A stretch of DNA of 64,000 bases, taken from the IMG/VR virus record IMGVR_UViG_3300043425_000861; one strand, 5' to 3'. This document shows, one piece after another, positions 59,864 to 64,000 of this stretch (position 1 is its first letter; each line of letters starts with the position of its first letter). The notes beneath the pieces were generated by a model that did no database searches, was not told the origin of the DNA, and was given only the letters and a program-made list of their open reading frames with translations. This DNA is from a virus. Made by a program: the position numbers and the translations under genes.

Positions 59864-60397
59864 TTACTTTTTAATTGAAAACACTTTATTTATTAAAGAT
59901 TCACACGTCTTTTTAATCGCGGATGAAAGAGCTTGTTGATTTATTTTATCACTACCTTCATCGGTTATTAATGTTGATGTCGAGATTTCTGAGCTTGATT
60001 CTTCAGCAACAGCCTCTTTGATTTTCTTACCTTCTTTAGTTGTTAATTTACCTCTCATTACCACCAAAGTTTCTTCTTTGTCTGAATGAAATACTGAGAT
60101 ATTAGTCTTGGTTTTATTAACATCAAAAAATAAGATTTCAGCACTAAAAATCAAATCAGCCTTAGTGATGTCTTCGACAATTAGATAATCCTTATCTTGT
60201 AATATTTCTTGGAAAATGTTTTTAGCACCAAAAGCTAAATTTCGATTATTAGCCATTTTACCAACAATCACTTTGTTCTCTACTTTATCCACGTAGACGG
60301 ATTTTGGGTCCTCAATCGGTTGAAAAATCCTTACCAATAAGCCCACGAATAGGATGTACAGTATCGGTAAGAGCGATACGTTTAGTCTGTTTGTCAT
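59864..60397 (-). CDS. Membrane-anchored CsgG/LptE-like alpha/beta protein
   Basis: N-terminal TM; VYVD.VEN...L.FG.KN..QEIL...ADL....EI..F; C-terminal INQQALSSAIKK parallels FNQSTISIATKK of the CsgG-like gene. Confidence 0.55.
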   Translation of the reverse strand: MTNRLNVSLLPILYILFVGLLVRIFQPIEDPKSVYVDKVENKVIVGKMANNRNLAFGAKNIFQEILQDKDYLIVEDITKADLIFSAEILFFDVNKTKTNISVFHSDKEETLVVMRGKLTTKEGKKIKEAVAEESSSEISTSTLITDEGSDKINQQALSSAIKKTCESLINKVFSIKK

Positions 60398-60501
60398 ACT
60401 AATAAATATGACAATTGTCACTATTAGTATAAACTTTATATTATTTTAATTTGGCAATATTGCCGTGTTTTTAGATGTTAAAAAAATATTTTTAAACTTT
60501 T

Positions 60502-60533
60502 ATTGATTATATACATATTTATTAGTATCTTTG
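60502..60533 (+). promoter_or_regulatory. Bacteroidota-type promoter of tRNA cluster 1 leader
   Basis: ATTG (60502-05), 20 nt, TATCTTTG (60526-33). Confidence 0.6.
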
Positions 60534-60562
60534 TAAAAAGAAAAAACATTAAATAAAATTCA

Positions 60563-60661
60563 ATGAGACAATTTACACATATTATGTCGTTTACAATCTG
60601 TTCAAAATGGGCGGATGAGCGTTCTATGTCTATATGTCTCGATGATACTGATGTTGGTTAA
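60563..60661 (+). CDS. Leader peptide 1 (32 aa), putative attenuator of tRNA cluster 1
   Basis: MRQFTHIMSFTICSKWADERSMSICLDDTDVG*; A-rich initiation context; codons match the downstream tRNAs. Confidence 0.75.
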   Translation: MRQFTHIMSFTICSKWADERSMSICLDDTDVG

Positions 60662-60684
60662 ATTAGTTTAACTTAAAATATTAG

Positions 60685-60718
60685 AAAACCTCGGGACTTT
60701 AAAATCTCGAGGTTTTTT
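60685..60718 (+). terminator. Attenuator terminator 1
   Basis: AAAACCTCGGGA/TCTCGAGGTTTT plus U tract, ending 6 nt before tRNA-Ala. Confidence 0.85.
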
Positions 60719-60724
60719 GTTTAT

Positions 60725-60797
60725 GGGCCGGATGTCAATGGCAGACCACCTGATTTGCAATCAGAGTGAAAGGGTTCGATTCCCTACGTGTCCACCA
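60725..60797 (+). tRNA. tRNA-Ala(TGC)
   Basis: Loop TTTGCAA, G3:U70, encoded CCA; imperfect acceptor stem. Confidence 0.75.
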
Positions 60798-60859
60798 CCC
60801 CCGAGTTTTGGAGCTGGTACCTCCTTTTACCCGAATTGAAATTAAAAACTACCACAAAT

Positions 60860-60932
60860 TCTTAGGTAACTCAATGGTGAGAGTACCTCGCTGATACCGA
60901 GGAGGTTGGTAGTTCGAATCTACCCCTAAGAA
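60860..60932 (+). tRNA. tRNA-Ile(GAT)
   Basis: CCTCG-CTGATAC-CGAGG; TTCGAAT T-loop. Confidence 0.9.
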
Positions 60933-60937
60933 CATAA

Positions 60938-61010
60938 GGAGATGAAGCTAACTTAGTAGAAGCATCGGACTGAAAATCCGAAGGAGTTGGAGCGTAACCA
61001 ACTATCTCCA
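60938..61010 (+). tRNA. tRNA-Phe(GAA), atypical T-loop
   Basis: TCGGA-CTGAAAA-TCCGA; T-loop AGCGTAA. Confidence 0.8.
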
Positions 61011-61072
61011 CAATAAAGTAAAAAATGCTTAATAAAGTGAACAACTTTATTATACAAAAACAACTTTATTAT

Positions 61073-61146
61073 GACCTCTTAGCTCAGTTGGTTAGAGCAC
61101 CTCACTTTTAATGAGGGAGTCCCGCGTTCGAGTCGCGGAGGGGTCA
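61073..61146 (+). tRNA. tRNA-Lys(TTT)
   Basis: CCTCA-CTTTTAA-TGAGG; canonical cloverleaf. Confidence 0.95.
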
Positions 61147-61224
61147 CAATACGAATCAACCGGGTGGCTGAAACCTAACTAGTAGTGGAGAATACCCACA
61201 ACCCGGTCAATGTTCGTATTAACT

Positions 61225-61295
61225 ACGGGTGTAGTTCAATGGTAGAATTATGGTCTCCAAAACCATCGATGGGAGTTCGAATCTCTCCACCCGTG
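61225..61295 (+). tRNA. tRNA-Trp(CCA)
   Basis: ATGGT-CTCCAAA-ACCAT. Confidence 0.93.
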
Positions 61296-61363
61296 CAAAT
61301 TATATCTAAAAACATATAAAAATGAAAAAACAATTTGACAAGCATTAGTTAAACTAATGCAAA

Positions 61364-61561
61364 ATGAAAAACAAAGAAGAACGAGTAAAACAAATGAATT
61401 CAATTTACAATTATTGTTTCATTTGTAATAAAAGAAATGGTAGTTGGTATTATGATTGTCACCCATCAAGTTGGTATGTAAAACGACACGGAAATGGAAA
61501 AATCGTAAGACAAAGAGAGTGTAGAAGTTGGAAACACAACAGAAAAACCCAATGGAAATAA
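61364..61561 (+). CDS. Small basic Cys/His protein inside the tRNA array
   Basis: 65 aa; CFIC...CH; ends RSWKHNRKTQWK. Confidence 0.6.
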   Translation: MKNKEERVKQMNSIYNYCFICNKRNGSWYYDCHPSSWYVKRHGNGKIVRQRECRSWKHNRKTQWK

Positions 61562-61564
61562 TTT

Positions 61565-61636
61565 GGTCTCTTGGTGTAACGGATAGCACGGAACACTACG
61601 AATGTTTTAGTAAAGGTTCGAGTCCTTTAGAGACCT
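61565..61636 (+). tRNA. tRNA-Arg(ACG)
   Basis: GAACA-CTACGAA-TGTTT. Confidence 0.92.
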
Positions 61637-61695
61637 CTGTTCACAAAATATCGTTGTTCACGGTTCGTGAACAGAGAACAAACGTGAACAAATAA

Positions 61696-61768
61696 GTCAG
61701 GTTGGCCGAGTTGGTTTAGGTGACGGTCTGCAAAACCGTTTACATTGGTTCGAATCCAATACTTGACT
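61696..61768 (+). tRNA. tRNA-Cys(GCA)
   Basis: ACGGT-CTGCAAA-ACCGT; U73. Confidence 0.92.
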
Positions 61769-61770
61769 CT

Positions 61771-61846
61771 GTGATAGATGTTCGTATGGTAGGACCTAAG
61801 ATTGTGGCTCTTAGATTAGCGGGTTCGAATCCCGTCTATCACCCCA
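61771..61846 (+). tRNA. tRNA-His(GTG)
   Basis: TAAGA-TTGTGGC-TCTTA; C73 plus CCA; no encoded G-1. Confidence 0.88.
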
Positions 61847-61849
61847 TAT

Positions 61850-61919
61850 TGCGGGAAGGTTAGGTAACCCGCCAGGTCTCATAAGCCTGTGCATCCGAGT
61901 TCGATTCTCGGTCCCGCAA
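61850..61919 (+). tRNA. tRNA-Met(CAT), elongator-like with short D-arm
   Basis: CAGGT-CTCATAA-GCCTG; paired 1:72. Confidence 0.8.
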
Positions 61920-61938
61920 CAAAAAAGATTAAAAATAT

Positions 61939-61969
61939 TTTGTGATTTCACAATTTATTATTATCTTTG
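61939..61969 (+). promoter_or_regulatory. Internal Bacteroidota-type promoter before tRNA-fMet
   Basis: TTTG (61939-42), 19 nt, TATCTTTG (61962-69). Confidence 0.65.
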
Positions 61970-61979
61970 TAAAACAAAT

Positions 61980-62051
61980 CGCGAGATAGAGCAGCGGTAG
62001 CTCGGAAGGCTCATAACCTTTAGGTCGGGGGTTCGATTCCCTCTCTCGCAA
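61980..62051 (+). tRNA. tRNA-fMet(CAT)
   Basis: C1:A72 mismatch; GAAGG-CTCATAA-CCTTT. Confidence 0.85.
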
Positions 62052-62053
62052 CA

Positions 62054-62318
62054 ATAGGTGAAGACTGTGGTGGAAGCCCACGGTATATGAATCCCTAAAA
62101 GCTGTCTTGATTCGCGGTATCAAAGCGGTGCGGGTAGAGTTACATATAAGTCGGGAGTAATTAACCAATTGACGAAAATGTATCCACAGATATGGAGATA
62201 TATCTGTTATGATGTTCAAATGCGAACGAAAAACCTATAACTTATTGAGACTAACTCAACGAGGACTTTGTCAACCAGAGCAATGACTTGGATGGTGCAA
62301 CTTAAGGTGAGTTAGAAT
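62054..62318 (+). ncRNA. Unidentified structured RNA (about 265 nt)
   Basis: GC-elevated; nested helices ATAGGT/ACCTAT, ACTGTGG/CCACGGT, ACAGATAT/ATATCTGT, CTAACTCA/TGAGTTAG. Confidence 0.6.
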
Positions 62319-62325
62319 CAAAATT

Positions 62326-62399
62326 GGAGCGGTAGTTCAGTTGGTTAGAATGCCTGCCTGTCACGCAGGAGGTCGCGGGTTCGAGTCCCGTCCGTTCCG
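62326..62399 (+). tRNA. tRNA-Asp(GTC)
   Basis: CCTGC-CTGTCAC-GCAGG. Confidence 0.97.
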
Positions 62400-62406
62400 C
62401 AAATTT

Positions 62407-62492
62407 GGAGAGATGGCAGAGTTGGTCTATCGCGTCGGTCTTGAAAACCGAAGTTCTGAAAGGGACCGTGGGTTCGAATCCTACTCTCTCCG
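62407..62492 (+). tRNA. tRNA-Ser(TGA)
   Basis: TCGGT-CTTGAAA-ACCGA; long variable arm. Confidence 0.95.
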
Positions 62493-62497
62493 CACTT

Positions 62498-62569
62498 GCT
62501 CGGTTCGACTAGTGGTTAGGTCGCATCCCTTTCACGGATGTAGCACGGGTTCGAATCCCGTACCGAGTA
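62498..62569 (+). tRNA. tRNA-Glu(TTC)
   Basis: CATCC-CTTTCAC-GGATG. Confidence 0.95.
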
Positions 62570-62626
62570 CAAAATAATTTTTAACTATTTACACTTTTTT
62601 ATAATTTGTGTATACTTATTAAAACG

Positions 62627-62734
62627 ATGAAGAATATAAATAACATATTGACGAGTACAAGACCACTTACAAATGGTAATGGGTATGGTGTGCAACCGTT
62701 ATGTTACTTATGTTCGGATATCAATAAAGGATAA
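62627..62734 (+). CDS. Leader peptide 2 (35 aa), putative attenuator of tRNA cluster 2
   Basis: MKNINNILTSTRPLTNGNGYGVQPLCYLCSDINKG*; codons match the downstream tRNAs. Confidence 0.75.
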   Translation: MKNINNILTSTRPLTNGNGYGVQPLCYLCSDINKG

Positions 62735-62761
62735 TAGAAAATTATTAAAACTTATATCGAG

Positions 62762-62791
62762 ACCCGAACACAAAAAATGTTCGGGTTTTTT
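62762..62791 (+). terminator. Attenuator terminator 2
   Basis: ACCCGAACA/TGTTCGGGT plus U tract. Confidence 0.85.
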
Positions 62792-62811
62792 GTTTTGTAA
62801 TTTTTTATCTC

Positions 62812-62837
62812 TATATTTGAAATAGGTTCTTTGACAT
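62812..62837 (+). promoter_or_regulatory. Possible promoter -7 element and boxA-like antitermination site
   Basis: TATATTTG (62812-19) followed by GTTCTTTGACAT, resembling rrn boxA. Confidence 0.5.
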
Positions 62838-62852
62838 ATTGGAATAACGAAT

Positions 62853-62936
62853 GCCGGAGTGTTGGAATGGTAGACAAGACAGACTTAAAATCTGTTGAGC
62901 TGAAAGCTCGTGTGGGTTCGAGTCCCATCTCCGGTA
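62853..62936 (+). tRNA. tRNA-Leu(TAA)
   Basis: ACAGA-CTTAAAA-TCTGT; long variable arm. Confidence 0.95.
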
Positions 62937-62976
62937 CAAACACTATCGTTCTTTGAAGATAAAGGAGAAACATAAT

Positions 62977-63225
62977 ATGGATATATTATCATTTATTTTA
63001 GGAATGTCTATAGTTGTGGTTATTGCGGTTGCAGTAGTTGCGGTTATAGCCTTTGTTAAGGTGAACAGACTAAACAAAGAGATTGAATCGATTCACACAA
63101 TTTATTCGGGTGAATTTGAAAGGGTTAATAGAGATAGAACAGATTCGGAAAGACAGATTTATTCTGTGTTAGATTCTCGACTTGATAAACTTGAAAGTAA
63201 AATAACAAATAGCCGTAAGGCATAA
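62977..63225 (+). CDS. Single-TM coiled-coil protein inside the tRNA array
   Basis: Likely start MDILSF; TM helix, then DSRLDKLE. Confidence 0.65.
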   Translation: MDILSFILGMSIVVVIAVAVVAVIAFVKVNRLNKEIESIHTIYSGEFERVNRDRTDSERQIYSVLDSRLDKLESKITNSRKA

Positions 63226-63263
63226 AAATTAAATAAAACTTTCAAAGACGATAGTGTTAATTT

Positions 63264-63335
63264 GGGCCCATAGTTAAAGGGATATAACTTCTCACTTCTA
63301 ATGAGATGTTCGTGGTTCGAGTCCACGTGGGCCTA
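63264..63335 (+). tRNA. tRNA-Arg(TCT)
   Basis: TCTCA-CTTCTAA-TGAGA. Confidence 0.93.
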
Positions 63336-63336
63336 C

Positions 63337-63476
63337 AAAGATAATGGTCTGATGTTATAATTGTTGTCGACTAACATTATAACTACTTAAACAGACAGCA
63401 CCCTCTGCCGATGCATCGTAAAACTATTACTAAGCAGTTAAGATTGGAACGAAACGGGTATTCCAACATTATCTTT
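63337..63476 (+). ncRNA. Unidentified structured RNA (140 nt)
   Basis: Closed by perfect AAAGATAATG/CATTATCTTT; internal GTCTG/CAGAC, GTTATAA/TTATAAC, CTGC/GCAG and TTGGAA/TTCCAA helices. Confidence 0.6.
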
Positions 63477-63480
63477 ATTT

Positions 63481-63554
63481 TGGGAATTAGCGTAGTCCGG
63501 TATCGCGCTTGGTTTGGGACCAAGAGGTCGTCAGTTCGAATCTGGCATTCCCAA
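63481..63554 (+). tRNA. tRNA-Pro(TGG)
   Basis: CTTGG-TTTGGGA-CCAAG. Confidence 0.92.
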
Positions 63555-63561
63555 CAAAAAT

Positions 63562-63633
63562 GCTGATGTAGCTCAACGGCAGAGCAATTGACTGTTAATC
63601 AATAGGTTGAGATATCGTAATTCTCCATCAGCG
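63562..63633 (+). tRNA. tRNA-Asn(GTT), atypical T-loop
   Basis: ATTGA-CTGTTAA-TCAAT; T-loop ATCGTAA. Confidence 0.85.
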
Positions 63634-63638
63634 CAAAT

Positions 63639-63720
63639 GGCCAAGTGGTGGAACGGTATACACGTATGTTTTAGAAACATATGTCAGAACGGCGTGAGAG
63701 TTCGAATCTCTCCTTGGTCA
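63639..63720 (+). tRNA. tRNA-Leu(TAG)
   Basis: TATGT-TTTAGAA-ACATA; long variable arm. Confidence 0.92.
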
Positions 63721-63766
63721 CGGAAAACGGTTTGTATGTATACGTTAGGTTAGGAATGTACAGAAT

Positions 63767-63847
63767 GGGAGTATCGCATAGCGGCAATTGCAGAAGACTG
63801 TAAATCTTCCCTCATCGAGTTCAGTGGTTCGAGTCCACTTACTCCCA
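63767..63847 (+). tRNA. tRNA-Tyr(GTA)
   Basis: GAAGA-CTGTAAA-TCTTC. Confidence 0.95.
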
Positions 63848-63858
63848 CAAAATAAAAT

Positions 63859-64000
63859 ATGATGAGAACACTAAAAGAACTTATAAAGGAGATTAAATCT
63901 CCCGAATACAAACAAAAACAAATTGAAGAACATCAAAAGTATCTTGATGAGATATCGATGGATTATCAACTAGGTTACTACGTTGGTGAATATATTGTTA
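63859..64000 (+). CDS. Hypothetical protein, 3' partial
   Basis: MMRTLKELIKEIKSPEYKQ... open to the window end. Confidence 0.5.
   Translation, partial: MMRTLKELIKEIKSPEYKQKQIEEHQKYLDEISMDYQLGYYVGEYIV

Noticed and set aside
60798-60850. Theta (HDV-like) ribozyme in the tRNA-Ala trailer
   Set aside because: Only a simple GGAG/CTCC hairpin inside AGTTTT/AAAACT; a nested double pseudoknot could not be built by eye.
62054-62318. tmRNA, RNase P RNA or group I intron identity
   Set aside because: No tRNA-like acceptor/T-arm ends, no GAGGAAAGTCC, and no recognisable group I core or interrupted host gene.
61929-62973. ORF-track entries 61929-62219, 62341-62577 and 62752-62973
   Set aside because: They overlap clear tRNA genes and are spurious translations.
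63345-63460. Hammerhead ribozyme (CTGATG...CGAAAC)
   Set aside because: The core reads CTGATGT rather than CTGANGA, and the helices do not fit hammerhead topology.
1-64000. Stop-codon reassignment, as in some huge phages
   Set aside because: Core genes are full length under code 11, and no suppressor tRNA (CTA, TCA or TTA anticodon) is present.

Overview
AT-rich segment of a large ('huge'/jumbo) T4-like myophage, standard genetic code, with a probable Bacteroidota host (TAnnTTTG promoters, Bacteroidota-type lipoprotein and T9SS-CTD-like proteins, phage bS21). Order of contents: family B DNA polymerase; tail/adhesin genes (3.4-13.5 kb); putative internal head proteins including a WYL protein; glycosyltransferases, dUTPase, PhoH, a late sigma factor and baseplate genes (17-30 kb); the head module gp23-gp22-gp21-(bS21 on the opposite strand)-gp20-gp17 (32-41 kb); nucleotidyltransferase, KTSC, Hsp20 and ClpC-like ATPase; a 10.7-kb minus-strand cell-envelope operon (CsgG-like proteins, cohesin/dockerin proteins, T9SS-CTD-like lipoproteins, beta-barrels, PspC); and 19 tRNA genes from 60.7 kb. 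The top candidate new system is in the tRNA array. Each of the two tRNA clusters is preceded by a short unannotated leader ORF, an antiterminator strand and an intrinsic terminator, and each leader's codons match, down to isoacceptor, the tRNAs encoded in its own cluster. This suggests ribosome-mediated attenuation that switches on phage tRNA clusters when those tRNAs are depleted. Also notable: a 19-nt trans-antisense RNA candidate against a gene in the envelope operon, and helix-closed ncRNA and mRNA units between the tRNAs. Protein family calls come from motif recognition only; no searches were run.
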